Shown: positions 26,529 through 36,845 of the stretch, in pieces | Numbering within the stretch: the stretch's first letter is position 1 | Layout: the number at the start of each line of letters is the position of its first letter | From: an uncultured Candidatus Saccharibacteria bacterium | Lineage (GTDB): Bacteria; Patescibacteriota; Dojkabacteria; SC72 | Length of the DNA stretch: 64,000 bases | Direction: 5' to 3' | Assembly: GCA_964618765.1 (NCBI GenBank) | Contig: CAZUDZ010000003.1 | Span: 18,553-82,552 of the forward strand | Program-made: the position numbers and the translations under genes | Notes under the pieces: model-generated | Told to the model about the DNA's origin: nothing | Databases searched by the model: none | The model's input: only the letters and a program-made list of their open reading frames with translations

Positions 26529-27216
26529 ATTTTCTCATTATTTGTTTAATAATAGGAGTCTTTGGTGTAATCCCATACTCCTCTCTTATACTATCCCAAT
26601 CAACTTTGTCTGGTTCATTTATAATCTTGTAACTAGGGTTACGGACAGTTTCCTGTTTGGCATTCTTTCTAATAATATAATAGGCTAATCCATTCCTTTC
26701 ATCAAGGACTACCTTTGGTTTAGCTTTTGTACTGTAATACTCTGTGAATATAAGATTTGAATTCTGTCTAATATTTACTATCGCAACATCGTATCCTGCT
26801 GGAATTATTATCTTGTCCTTTTTCTTAACAGTTGCTTTAATGACCTTATTTTTTCTAACTCCTGAGTAATTTTGTATTAAAACAGTAGCACCTCCATAAA
26901 CAAAATCAAAGATCCTTGGATATTTACTAGCTCTTGTTGCTCTAGTTTTAACATACTCTATTCCTGCAAGATTAGGGGGAACAACATAGAAATTAATTAT
27001 AATACCCTTACTTAGGTATATGTCATTATTATCTAATTGTTTATACTTGGTGTAGAAGATTTCTGGGCAATTTAGCTCTTTATTAAGTAATTGATTCCTA
27101 ACATCATCTATTGTTACATCTCTTTTACTTTTAAAGGAGAAGTCCTTTATTAGCAACTCTTCTCCATCATAGGTAGCTGGAAATCCGCTACTGCTCTTGA
27201 GATCGATTCGTGCCAT
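26473..27216 (-). CDS. Cupin protein resembling archaeal-type glucose-6-phosphate isomerase, metal ligands absent
   Basis: VVPPNLAGIEYVKT, KIIIPAGY..AIVN, GLAYYI, NPSY pattern. Confidence 0.65.
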   Translation of the reverse strand: MARIDLKSSSGFPATYDGEELLIKDFSFKSKRDVTIDDVRNQLLNKELNCPEIFYTKYKQLDNNDIYLSKGIIINFYVVPPNLAGIEYVKTRATRASKYPRIFDFVYGGATVLIQNYSGVRKNKVIKATVKKKDKIIIPAGYDVAIVNIRQNSNLIFTEYYSTKAKPKVVLDERNGLAYYIIRKNAKQETVRNPSYKIINEPDKVDWDSIREEYGITPKTPIIKQIMRKYERFDWLFKENSVQIPTA

Positions 27217-27240
27217 AGAGGCTATTATATCACATTACTG

Positions 27241-27528
27241 CTAATCTGCAGAGAAGGATTTGAGTAATTCTGAGAGAACAAAAGCAAGAATGATGTAGAA
27301 AAGTAGTGCTACCAAAGGTGTTAAGGGAAGTGAGAAGTTGTTAATCTGTAAGGAAGTTGCTACTATACCCTCAAATGGTTGGACAAACATAGTACTGCTT
27401 CCTAGCACCCAAGAAGCAAAGGGATTTTGCGTACTAGCATTTATAAGTAGGAGTACGATTCTAGTTAGTACTAGAGCCTCTACAAATATAACTGTGAAAT
27501 ATGCGAGTCTTATTATTACTTTTAACAT
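27241..27528 (-). CDS. YggT-like membrane protein
   Basis: Two TMs, NPFASWV...VQPFEGIV. Confidence 0.8.
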   Translation of the reverse strand: MLKVIIRLAYFTVIFVEALVLTRIVLLLINASTQNPFASWVLGSSTMFVQPFEGIVATSLQINNFSLPLTPLVALLFYIILAFVLSELLKSFSAD

Positions 27529-27529
27529 C

Positions 27530-28249
27530 TTAAAGGTTTTCTAGATTATTTACATAATATTCTAACTCATTCATGTAACGATTTACACCATTTGCCCAAA
27601 GATGTAAACCTGTAGCTCCACAAGGAGGGCAGTATGTACTCTCTATATCATACGGAGATAGGTCAGTTCCATAGCCTACAGCTATCCGCTCCGTAATATG
27701 TATAATTGCTTCCTCCCAACTTCTAAACATGCTCCATCCTCTCTCATCTGGATTCTGTCCTCTCCAACCCCAACCGTTGTTTGATCCTTTTGGAATTAAA
27801 TTCCCAAATGCAGATTCTACCCCCGATATCCCAACTAAGAGTCTCCAATCTAAACCTTGTTTGTCTGCTTCGATAATAAATAATTCGGCATGTTGTGCCA
27901 TAGGAGAGTGATAGTCATTCAAAAATTTTGTCATAGCTAAAATTCTCGGGTCAACAGTAAAGAAGCGAGTTGAGTTTGTTATGGAAGCTGTGGAGTGTGA
28001 TGAAGAGAGATTGTATTCACCCGCATACACATGAATGTCAAATATTGGAGAAAGGGAGTTAACTTCAATAGGTGATGATTTCCTTACTGTAGCCCCAAAG
28101 CTCTCAGTGAGAATTCTCTCTACTTTTGGTGAAAGAAACAGAGTATACACAACAAAGAGTATCAGTATTAAAGCAATTCTAGTAATATTAGAGCGGACTA
28201 TTCTATTTACTAAAGAAACATTTGACTTCTTGGGTATCTTTTCTGGCAT
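27530..28249 (-). CDS. Membrane-anchored lysozyme/glucosaminidase-like protein
   Basis: GLDWRLLVGISGVESAFG, NNGWGW, FRSWEEAI, YCPP...WANGV. Confidence 0.75.
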   Translation of the reverse strand: MPEKIPKKSNVSLVNRIVRSNITRIALILILFVVYTLFLSPKVERILTESFGATVRKSSPIEVNSLSPIFDIHVYAGEYNLSSSHSTASITNSTRFFTVDPRILAMTKFLNDYHSPMAQHAELFIIEADKQGLDWRLLVGISGVESAFGNLIPKGSNNGWGWRGQNPDERGWSMFRSWEEAIIHITERIAVGYGTDLSPYDIESTYCPPCGATGLHLWANGVNRYMNELEYYVNNLENL

Positions 28250-28284
28250 AATAGTCTAGTATATCAAATTGGGGCACATTTGCT

Positions 28285-31200
28285 ATGTTCACTCATCTAC
28301 ATCTACATACAGAGTTCTCTTTGCTGGATGCCACTATCAGAATTCCAGAATTAGTAGAAAAACTAAAGTTATCAGGTATGAACTCCTGTGCTATTACTGA
28401 TCATGGGAACATGTATGGGGTTTACAAATTTCAGAGTGCCATGAAGGAAGCTGGTCTTAAACCCATAATAGGGGCTGAGATATATATAGCTCCTAGAGAA
28501 ATGGATAAGAAGGAATTTGGTATAGATAACGAATATTTTCACTTAGTTGTATTAGCAAAGAATCTTAAGGGATACAAAAACTTAATGAAAATTGTATCTG
28601 TAGCCCATATGGAAGGTTTCTACTACAAACCCAGAATAGATGTAGAGACTTTAACTAAGTATAGCGAAGGTTTGATAGCTCTGTCGGCCTGCTTGGCAGG
28701 ACCAGTTAGTCGTCCCATTTTAAATAATGATTTTCCATTAGCTTTAAAAAGAGCCAAAGAGTACAAGGAGATTTTCAAAGAGAGTTTTTACATAGAAATT
28801 CAAAAGAATGGTATGGAGGAGCAAGAAATAGTTAATGAAGGGCTAATTAAAATAGCCAAGGAATTAGATTTGCCCTTAGTTGCAACATGCGATTCTCACT
28901 ACTTAAACAAGGAGGATGCAGAAATTCAAGAAATTCTTTGGTGTATAAATGATGGGAAGACAATGGACGACCCTTCAAGAAGAAGGATGCCTACGAATGA
29001 ATTCTATGTTAAGACTCCAGAGGAGATGGAAGAGCTTTTTAAGGATGTACCTGAGGCGATATCCAATACTCAGAAGATAACTGATCAAATAGAGGATTTT
29101 GATATAACTTTCGGAAGAATAGAGATTCCCTTTAAAGATCTACCTAAAGGTAAAACTGCTAGAGTGCATCTTCAAGAGTTAAGCTATGATGGTGCGAAGA
29201 AAAGGTATGGTGAATTAACTAAAGATACAAAAGAGAGAATAGATTATGAATTAAAAATAATACATGACAAGGGATACGATGACTACTTCCTCATAGTTAG
29301 AGATATTATTCAATTTTGTAAAAAGAATGACATAGTCGTAGGGATGCGAGGTTCAGGGTGTGGCTCTGTTGTAGCGTATGCGACGGGGATTACTGATATA
29401 GAGCCGATATCATGGGAGCTGTATTTTGAGAGATTTTTAAATCCTGAGAGACCAAGTCCTCCAGATTTCGATATAGATATTGCAGATCAAAGAAGAGATG
29501 AGGTCGTGCAGTATACAATTGAGAAATATGGGCAGGAGAATGTAAAACAGATTGGTACCTTTAGTAAGTTACAAACAAGACAGGCAATTAGAGATGTAGC
29601 TAGAGTAATTGATGTAGATTTGCAAATAGCAGACGAACTTTCCAAAATGGTTGAAATAGTATTCGGAAAGACAAAGAGCATTGATTACATGTTGGAACAT
29701 AATCCTGAGTTTGCCCAAATTATAAGGACTTCTGAGAAGACAAGACACCTTGCTGAGGTAGTTAGGAAGGTTTCTGGTTTGTGCCGAGGAGTTTCTACCC
29801 ATGCTTGTGGAATAATCATAACTCCTAATCCAGTAGTTGAGTATGTCCCAATTCAAAGGGATGCACATGGTGAGGGATTTGGAATGAGCCAGTACGAAAT
29901 GTCCGATCTAGAAGCTGTCGGTTTAATGAAGTTTGATTTTTTAGGTCTTCGAAACTTACACATAATCGGTTCTGCATTAAAAAAGATAGAGAAAGGAAAA
30001 GGTATTAAAATAGATTTAGCTAAAATAGATCCCAATGATGAGAAAGTTTACAAATTAATAAAATCAGGACATACCGTAGGAATTTTCCAACTGGAGAGTG
30101 AGGGGATGAAAAGAACTATTAAGCTACTAGAACCAGAGGATATGGAGGATATTTCTTACATATTAGCAGCGTATAGGCCGGGTCCTATGCAATTTATTTC
30201 GGAATATGCAAAAGTACAAAGAGGAGAGCAGGAGCCAGATTACATCATTGAAGATTTAAAACCGATTCTTGAGGTTACAAATGGTGTCATATCTTACCAA
30301 GAGCAAGTTATGAAGATAGCAGAGATAGTTGCGGGATACTCTTTAGGAGCTGCAGATAATCTTCGTAGAGCTATGGGGAAGAAAAAGCTGGATGTAATGA
30401 AGGCAGAAAAACCCGTTTTCATAAAGGGAGGTGTTAAAAAAGGGTATGAGAAGAAAGACATGGAAAAAATTTGGGAAAAGCTTCTTATGTTTGCTAACTA
30501 TGGTTTTAACAAAGCACACAGCGCCTCATACGCCACTATCGCATATTGGACAGCATACCTTAAGGTAAACTATCCATTAGAATACATGGCTGCTTTACTT
30601 GAGGGAGACTTGGAGAAATTTGACAGAGTTATTTTAGATTTAGGCGAGTGTGAAAGATTAGGCATTTCTGTTCTTGCCCCTGATATTAACAGAAGTGATT
30701 TCTACTTTAAGGTTGAAGATGAGAAAAACATCAGATTTGGCTTGGCTGGTATTAAAAATATCGGCCAAGATATTGTTAGGAAAATTGTTGAAGAGAAAGA
30801 GAAAAAAGGTGATTTTAAGCACCTAGATGATTTTGTACATAGAACATTTGATTTTGTTAACAAGAAAGCAATGGAGTATTTAATAATGGCAGGAACAATG
30901 GATCAGTTTGGAAACAGAGGAGCTCTCTTGGATATTCTAAATGACATATATGAAAGAGCCAAGCTAAGTAAGAAGACAGAAGAGATGGGTCAAATTGATA
31001 TCTTTGCAATGAACAAGTCCATGAATGGACACCCACAACAGAAAGAAAGTATTGCTAAAACACCACTTCCTACTGAGATTAAATCTGAAACTTCTCAGAT
31101 TCTACAGTGGGAGAAAGAGCTACTAGGTCTTTACTTCTCAAGTCATCCCCTAGATGATCTAGAGGAATTTTTCGAGACAAAGGATGTCGTCCCACTACTG

Positions 31201-31689
31201 GATGCTCTGGAGATAAAGAAGAACAACGACATTCTAGTACTTGGGGTTATGGTAACAAAAGTGAGAAAGATTACTACTAAAAAAGGAGAGGTAATGGCAT
31301 TTCTAACCATAGAGGATAAAACTGCCAAAACAGAGGCTGTTGTATTTCCCAGAGTATACAAGGACCTTAAGGATTCTCTTTCTGAAAACAAACCAATGCT
31401 AATTGCAGGAAGATTAAACGTAAGAGATGGCCAGAAGAGTGTCATAGTACAGAAGGCAAAATATATTGACCAGAAAAAATATTCCTCGAAATTCGAAGGA
31501 ATTACCTTTAGGATAACTCCGTTACACAGCGAAGCAGAAGTAGCCTCCTTAAAGGAATATATAAGGGAATCTTCAGGGGATACCCCAGTTAAAATAGTAG
31601 TTTCTGATGGTTTCAAAAAGAGGCGAGTTATATTAAAAAAGACTATCTCGATGTCCAAAGAGACAGAGGAGTGGCTTAAAAAGTTTTAA
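28285..31689 (+). CDS. dnaE: DNA polymerase III alpha subunit
   Basis: PHP domain HLHLHTEFSLLD/TDHG, FERFLNPER.SPPDFDID, KFDFLGL, YGFNKAH, OB fold; no intein seen. Confidence 0.99.
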   Translation: MFTHLHLHTEFSLLDATIRIPELVEKLKLSGMNSCAITDHGNMYGVYKFQSAMKEAGLKPIIGAEIYIAPREMDKKEFGIDNEYFHLVVLAKNLKGYKNLMKIVSVAHMEGFYYKPRIDVETLTKYSEGLIALSACLAGPVSRPILNNDFPLALKRAKEYKEIFKESFYIEIQKNGMEEQEIVNEGLIKIAKELDLPLVATCDSHYLNKEDAEIQEILWCINDGKTMDDPSRRRMPTNEFYVKTPEEMEELFKDVPEAISNTQKITDQIEDFDITFGRIEIPFKDLPKGKTARVHLQELSYDGAKKRYGELTKDTKERIDYELKIIHDKGYDDYFLIVRDIIQFCKKNDIVVGMRGSGCGSVVAYATGITDIEPISWELYFERFLNPERPSPPDFDIDIADQRRDEVVQYTIEKYGQENVKQIGTFSKLQTRQAIRDVARVIDVDLQIADELSKMVEIVFGKTKSIDYMLEHNPEFAQIIRTSEKTRHLAEVVRKVSGLCRGVSTHACGIIITPNPVVEYVPIQRDAHGEGFGMSQYEMSDLEAVGLMKFDFLGLRNLHIIGSALKKIEKGKGIKIDLAKIDPNDEKVYKLIKSGHTVGIFQLESEGMKRTIKLLEPEDMEDISYILAAYRPGPMQFISEYAKVQRGEQEPDYIIEDLKPILEVTNGVISYQEQVMKIAEIVAGYSLGAADNLRRAMGKKKLDVMKAEKPVFIKGGVKKGYEKKDMEKIWEKLLMFANYGFNKAHSASYATIAYWTAYLKVNYPLEYMAALLEGDLEKFDRVILDLGECERLGISVLAPDINRSDFYFKVEDEKNIRFGLAGIKNIGQDIVRKIVEEKEKKGDFKHLDDFVHRTFDFVNKKAMEYLIMAGTMDQFGNRGALLDILNDIYERAKLSKKTEEMGQIDIFAMNKSMNGHPQQKESIAKTPLPTEIKSETSQILQWEKELLGLYFSSHPLDDLEEFFETKDVVPLLDALEIKKNNDILVLGVMVTKVRKITTKKGEVMAFLTIEDKTAKTEAVVFPRVYKDLKDSLSENKPMLIAGRLNVRDGQKSVIVQKAKYIDQKKYSSKFEGITFRITPLHSEAEVASLKEYIRESSGDTPVKIVVSDGFKKRRVILKKTISMSKETEEWLKKF

Positions 31690-31726
31690 TAGAAAGTATA
31701 GTAACTGATATAATCCATATGTATAT

Positions 31727-33250
31727 ATGGAAAACTCTTCACAATTAAAATTAAACCTTCTCCCAGAATCTCCTGGGATATATAAATTCCTCGATAAGAA
31801 GGGGAAGATACTTTACATAGGTAAAGCAATAAATCTTCGAAACAGAGTTAGGTCATACTTTTCTTCCGATTTGTATGATCGTCCTCGTATAAAACAGATG
31901 GTTCCATACATCTTTGATATCGAAATTACAGAAACAAACAATGAGATAGAATCCTTGGTTTTGGAATCAGCATTAATTAAAAAATACCAGCCATTCTACA
32001 ACTCTGATAAAAAGGATGATAAGTCATATGTATGGATATATATCTCTACTAAAGAAAAATTTCCTACAGTTAAGATAGTTCGCAAAATAAGCAACAAGGA
32101 ATTTAAAAAGGGAGTACTTTTTGGCCCATATCCCAGCAGTGCAGCTACTAAAAGAATCTTTACCTACTTAAGGAAAATATATCCCTTCTGTACTTGTAAA
32201 AAAGAAAACAGTAAGGAGTGTTTGTACTACCATTTAGGCCTCTGCCCAGGACCTCACCAGGGACATATCTCAGAGCAAGATTATCGAAAGAATATTAACG
32301 AGATTATAAAATTTTTAAAAGGGAGGAAAAGAGGACAGATTAAGGAAATGGAGAGACAGATGAGTGCATATTCCAAAGAAAGAAACTATGAAAAAGCAGC
32401 ACAGTTAAGAGATAGAGTGAATGATTTAAAATATTTAGGAGAGCAGATAGATCTCTTTCCCGAAGATACAGAGCAATCATATAAAGAAAGAAGAGAAGAG
32501 CTTCTTAAAAAACAATTCAGTGATCTTAAAAATGAATTGGGTTTAAAAGGGTTAGAAAGAATAGAGTGCTACGATATTTCTAACATCCAAGGTAAACAAG
32601 CGTACGGCTCAATGGTAGTCGCTGTTAATGGCCAGATAAGGAGAGATATGTATAGAATATTTAAGATAGATGACATTGAGGGTCCAAGTGATCCAGCTAT
32701 GCTCAGAAGGGTTTTAGAGAGGAGATTTGCGAAGGAGAATAGAGATAAGTATCCAAGAGTACCTGATATTATATTAATAGATGGAGGCAAATCACAGCTT
32801 GCAGCTGTTAGTTCTATGTATAAGGTTGATTCCTCAGTGGTTATTCCAAAAGAGATTACTCTTCTAGGAATCACAAAAGGAAAAAGATTGAAAAGGAAGG
32901 GAAGTAAACAAGTAGATGAATTTTGGCTCCTACTACAGAAGAATGAGGGTGACAAAAGCAGTAAACAGATTGAAAGAATTGATATATTGAATAGTAGTAT
33001 TCTAATAGACTTAAGAGATGAGGCTCATAGATTTGCTATTTTACATCATAGGAAATCTAGGATTAAAAACTCCAAACTCTCACAATTAAACAGAATACCT
33101 GGGGTAGGTTATAAAAGAAGGAAAGAGCTGATGAAGTATTTTAAAAGTGTAGATAATATTAAAAAAGCTACAGAGGAGGATATAAACAAGGTTTTAAATA
33201 ACGAGAAAGTTTCAAAAGAGGTGTTAAATTTCTTTAAAAGGAGTCAATAA
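31727..33250 (+). CDS. uvrC: Excinuclease ABC subunit C
   Basis: GIY-YIG (PGIYKF..LYIGKA), IECYDIS, LIDGGKSQ, RDEAHRFA, HhH. Confidence 0.98.
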   Translation: MENSSQLKLNLLPESPGIYKFLDKKGKILYIGKAINLRNRVRSYFSSDLYDRPRIKQMVPYIFDIEITETNNEIESLVLESALIKKYQPFYNSDKKDDKSYVWIYISTKEKFPTVKIVRKISNKEFKKGVLFGPYPSSAATKRIFTYLRKIYPFCTCKKENSKECLYYHLGLCPGPHQGHISEQDYRKNINEIIKFLKGRKRGQIKEMERQMSAYSKERNYEKAAQLRDRVNDLKYLGEQIDLFPEDTEQSYKERREELLKKQFSDLKNELGLKGLERIECYDISNIQGKQAYGSMVVAVNGQIRRDMYRIFKIDDIEGPSDPAMLRRVLERRFAKENRDKYPRVPDIILIDGGKSQLAAVSSMYKVDSSVVIPKEITLLGITKGKRLKRKGSKQVDEFWLLLQKNEGDKSSKQIERIDILNSSILIDLRDEAHRFAILHHRKSRIKNSKLSQLNRIPGVGYKRRKELMKYFKSVDNIKKATEEDINKVLNNEKVSKEVLNFFKRSQ

Positions 33251-33251
33251 A

Positions 33252-34415
33252 TTAATCCTTATGCATTCCTTGAGGTTCCATATTCGCAAGTATATATTCA
33301 AAAAATGATTCGTCCGAAGAATTAGAATGTATAACATAGGTAACTCCATCATAAGTGTTTGAGACAACAGCAACCGTGTCAGTTCGACCATTTGCATTAA
33401 TAGTCCCTTGGAGTGCTCTTCCATAGGAAGTATAGGTTAAAAGAGTGTTTGTGACTCCCCAAGTACTACCATTCTCTTCCTCCTGTGTAGAATTTAGAAT
33501 ATCTATATACTCATTTAAATAGTTATCTAAAACATCTCCTGATCGACCAATAGGGATTACAGCAACACTCTCTGCTGTTCCTATTTTCTTAAATTCTACA
33601 GTTCTGTAATCTTTGTAATCAGAGGTTCTGTAGGAAATAATATACTCTTTGGGAATTTTAACAATCCATGGAAAATCAGGAAGTAATTCCTGCAGATCTT
33701 TGGAAGCTAATAGTAGATCTCTCTCTATCTCTCTCTCTACCTTGTCCCGAAGACCTGTACTAGCTTGTTCAGTACTTACTGATTCATACCAAAGATCATT
33801 AAATTTAGAGTATATTCTTAATCCATGATCCTCTTTTACCCAATATTCCCCATGCTTCATCTCCTCAGAACCTACAGGTACAGAGAGAACATGTTCCCAG
33901 CCTAGTTGACCTAGAACATCTCTGTAATATTCGTATGCTTCTGCCACAGTTCTATTTAAAGGCAACCTGTAAGCAGAATTCCCAGAACTAACAAAGTTAG
34001 CAACAGATACCTCCTTCAAACTGTTCTGGAATATGAATTCAGAGCCAGGGTATGCTGGAATTTCATCTAAGCCAATAACATATTCAAGTGCTAAATCTTT
34101 TTCGTCTCCTGCAGTTCTTGTATTAATTATAAATCGTACTGATAGATACAATAGTCCAATAAATACTAGTGGAACAAATATGTAAACAAGTAAATAGGGG
34201 ATATGGAACTTTTTCATTCTTCTTTTTCTATGTCCATTTCTGAGATTTGATGCTGTTTGTTTTTTAAAAACGGATGCCTTTTTCCTCTTGACTACTCTAT
34301 CATTAGATTTCCTTTTAGGCATATATATCTTACCTCCTAGTTGTGACGATTGAGCAGGTTTCTTCTTTCTCTCTCTTTTGGGCCTTTTCTGTTTCTTCTT
34401 TTTTAATATGGGCAT
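33252..34415 (-). CDS. Single-TM protein with polybasic N-terminal tail and large extracellular region
   Basis: About 70 aa K/R-rich N-terminus, TM, IPAYPGS...YYRDVLGQLGWE domain. Confidence 0.8.
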   Translation of the reverse strand: MPILKKKKQKRPKRERKKKPAQSSQLGGKIYMPKRKSNDRVVKRKKASVFKKQTASNLRNGHRKRRMKKFHIPYLLVYIFVPLVFIGLLYLSVRFIINTRTAGDEKDLALEYVIGLDEIPAYPGSEFIFQNSLKEVSVANFVSSGNSAYRLPLNRTVAEAYEYYRDVLGQLGWEHVLSVPVGSEEMKHGEYWVKEDHGLRIYSKFNDLWYESVSTEQASTGLRDKVEREIERDLLLASKDLQELLPDFPWIVKIPKEYIISYRTSDYKDYRTVEFKKIGTAESVAVIPIGRSGDVLDNYLNEYIDILNSTQEEENGSTWGVTNTLLTYTSYGRALQGTINANGRTDTVAVVSNTYDGVTYVIHSNSSDESFFEYILANMEPQGMHKD

Positions 34416-34482
34416 ATGTTGAGTATTTTACAGTATATCTCGTTTTTATTTAACATACACATGTAGTATAATTTCTCTGTAT

Positions 34483-34554
34483 TGCGGGATCGTCTAATCG
34501 GTAGGACACCGGCCTTTGAAGCCGTCAATCATGGTTCGAGTCCATGTCCCGCAA
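34483..34554 (+). tRNA. tRNA-Gln(TTG)
   Basis: Acceptor TGCGGGA/TCCCGCA (U1-A72), anticodon loop CTTTGAA, GTTCGAG. Confidence 0.95.
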
Positions 34555-34578
34555 TTGAAATCTGTTTAATATATTTCC

Positions 34579-34812
34579 TTACTCTCTTAGAGAAAGTAGT
34601 AGACTAGAAATTTTTTCAGAGATATTACAAATAACAGTATTAGGTTCAGGGATTCCGATTACATCTAAAATGTTTTCCAACTCTTCATCTGTAGTAAGAA
34701 TTCTATTCTCACCCTGCAGGTTTTCTACTGCTATTTTTAGCTTTTCATTTTCAACACAGCTTGCCAATGTAAGTAGCTCTTCTCTTGAAAGGGTTAATAT
34801 TCCTCTTTTCAT
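34579..34812 (-). CDS. Small hypothetical protein
   Basis: 77-aa ATG ORF directly downstream of uvrB, same strand. Confidence 0.6.
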   Translation of the reverse strand: MKRGILTLSREELLTLASCVENEKLKIAVENLQGENRILTTDEELENILDVIGIPEPNTVICNISEKISSLLLSLRE

Positions 34813-34841
34813 GTTCTAATCCTACATTTTTCTTTCAGTAA

Positions 34842-36803
34842 TTACAAACTAGCCTTTATTTCCTTGATTTCATCTCTAAGGTTAGCTGCTTTCTCAAACT
34901 GTAAATTGTCAGCAGATATTAGCATATCTCTTTCTAAGGTTTTGATAAGAAGTTTTTTCTGTTTCTCATCTAATTTCTCAATCTCTATATCAACCTTCTC
35001 ATCTTCCTCTTTCTCAACTAATCTCCCCCTTATCTCTTTCTCAATAGTCTTAGGAGTAATGTTGTGTTTCTTGTTGTATTCAATTTGATACTCTCTTCTT
35101 CTTTTAGTCTCATTTATTGCATATCTCATACTCTCGGTGATTTTATCTGCATACATAATGACTCTTCCTTCTACATGTCTAGCTGCTCTTCCAATTGTCT
35201 GAACAAGAGAGACTTTTGACCTTAGGAATCCTTCTTTGTCTGCATCTAGTATGATAACTAGGGAGACCTCAGGCAAGTCAATCCCTTCTCTTAATAGATT
35301 TATTCCTACTAGTACATCATACTCTCCTAATCTTAGATCTCTTAATATATCAACTCTCTCTATTGTATCGATATCAGAGTGTAAGTACTGAACTTTTATA
35401 TTCAGATCCTTAAGAAAGGAGCTTAAATCTTCAGCCATTCGTTTTGTAAGGGTAGTAACCAAAACTCTTTGCCCCTTAGCTATATTTGCATTAATTTCCC
35501 CAATAGCGTCATCTATCTGCCCTTCGGTTTCTCTTACCTGCACGACTGGGTCTAGTAGTCCAGTTGGTCTTGTTAATAGTTCAACTACATTTTTATTACT
35601 GTCTCTTATCTCCCACTCTGATGGAGTAGCTGAAAAGTATACGGTAGTGCCCTGCCTTTTTTGGAACTCCTTGAAATTAAGAGGTCGATTATCCCTTGCA
35701 GTAGGAAGTCTAAATCCATACTCTATGAGGTTGTCCTTTCTGGCTTTGTCACCATTGTACATACCTCCTATTTGAGGAATAGTAATATGGGATTCATCTA
35801 TAAATAGGAGGTACTCTTCTGGGAAGTAATCAAGGAGGGTATATGGAGGCTCTCCAGGCTTACGACCATCAAAGTAGATACTGTAATTTTCCATGCTTTT
35901 ACAGTAACCGACCTGCTCAAGCATCTCAATATCATAATTAGTTTTTTGCTCTAATCTGTATGCCTCTAGTTTCTTTCCAATATTATTTAAAAAGTCTACC
36001 CGTTTCCTCAGATCTTTGCGTATTTGCTCCACTGCATTCTTAATTATATCCTCAGAGTACACAAGAGAAGTTGCCGGGAAGATTAAGATTTCTTTTAAAT
36101 CTTCTATTTTTTGTTTAGATATGGGATGTACTTTCACAATGTTTTCTATTTTGTTTCCCCATAATTCAATTCTAAAAGAAAATTCCTCATATGGTGGGAA
36201 TATCTCAATGATATCTCCTGTTACCCTAAACACTCCTGTGGTGAAATCCATACTATCCCTTGTGTATCTCATTGATACAAGTTCTAAAGAAACAGTTGAT
36301 ATGTCAACTTCTTGTCCGATGTAAAAAGAGATACTTCTATTCTCATAATTGCTTGGATTCCCAATATTATATATACAAGACACTGAGGCTACGACAAGAG
36401 TATCTCTCCTTGTAATAGCGGCATTCATAGCTCCAAATCTTAAGTTTTCAATCTCTTTGTTTACTTCAGACTCTTTCTCAATATACAGATCCTTTGCAGG
36501 AAGATATGCTTCTGGTTGGTAGTAATCATAGTATGATACGAAATATTTAACAGCATTATCTGGGAAAAACTCTTTAAATTCCTCATACAGTTGTGCGGCG
36601 AGTGTTTTGTTATGGGAGATTACTAAGGTTGGTCTGTTTAATTTGTTTACAATATTTGCCATTACAAATGTTTTCCCAGATCCTGTTACTCCTAAAAAGG
36701 TTTGTTTCTGTTTTTTCTCTAAGACACCATCTACAACCTCCTGAATGGCTTTCTCTTGGTCAGGAGGCTGTTTAAATGGTGAAGCTAACTTAAATTGATC
36801 CAT
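34842..36803 (-). CDS. uvrB: Excinuclease ABC subunit B
   Basis: GVTGSGKT, YFVSYYDYYQPEAY, DESH, GINLLREGIDLPEV, QTIGRAAR, UVR domain. Confidence 0.99.
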   Translation of the reverse strand: MDQFKLASPFKQPPDQEKAIQEVVDGVLEKKQKQTFLGVTGSGKTFVMANIVNKLNRPTLVISHNKTLAAQLYEEFKEFFPDNAVKYFVSYYDYYQPEAYLPAKDLYIEKESEVNKEIENLRFGAMNAAITRRDTLVVASVSCIYNIGNPSNYENRSISFYIGQEVDISTVSLELVSMRYTRDSMDFTTGVFRVTGDIIEIFPPYEEFSFRIELWGNKIENIVKVHPISKQKIEDLKEILIFPATSLVYSEDIIKNAVEQIRKDLRKRVDFLNNIGKKLEAYRLEQKTNYDIEMLEQVGYCKSMENYSIYFDGRKPGEPPYTLLDYFPEEYLLFIDESHITIPQIGGMYNGDKARKDNLIEYGFRLPTARDNRPLNFKEFQKRQGTTVYFSATPSEWEIRDSNKNVVELLTRPTGLLDPVVQVRETEGQIDDAIGEINANIAKGQRVLVTTLTKRMAEDLSSFLKDLNIKVQYLHSDIDTIERVDILRDLRLGEYDVLVGINLLREGIDLPEVSLVIILDADKEGFLRSKVSLVQTIGRAARHVEGRVIMYADKITESMRYAINETKRRREYQIEYNKKHNITPKTIEKEIRGRLVEKEEDEKVDIEIEKLDEKQKKLLIKTLERDMLISADNLQFEKAANLRDEIKEIKASL

Positions 36804-36845
36804 GGTGTATTTTAGCAGATATATAGATGTGTTAGAATGATAAAT

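Noticed and set aside
28285-31689. Intein in dnaE (also checked nrdD)
   Set aside because: Lengths are normal and no splice-junction or homing-endonuclease insertion is visible
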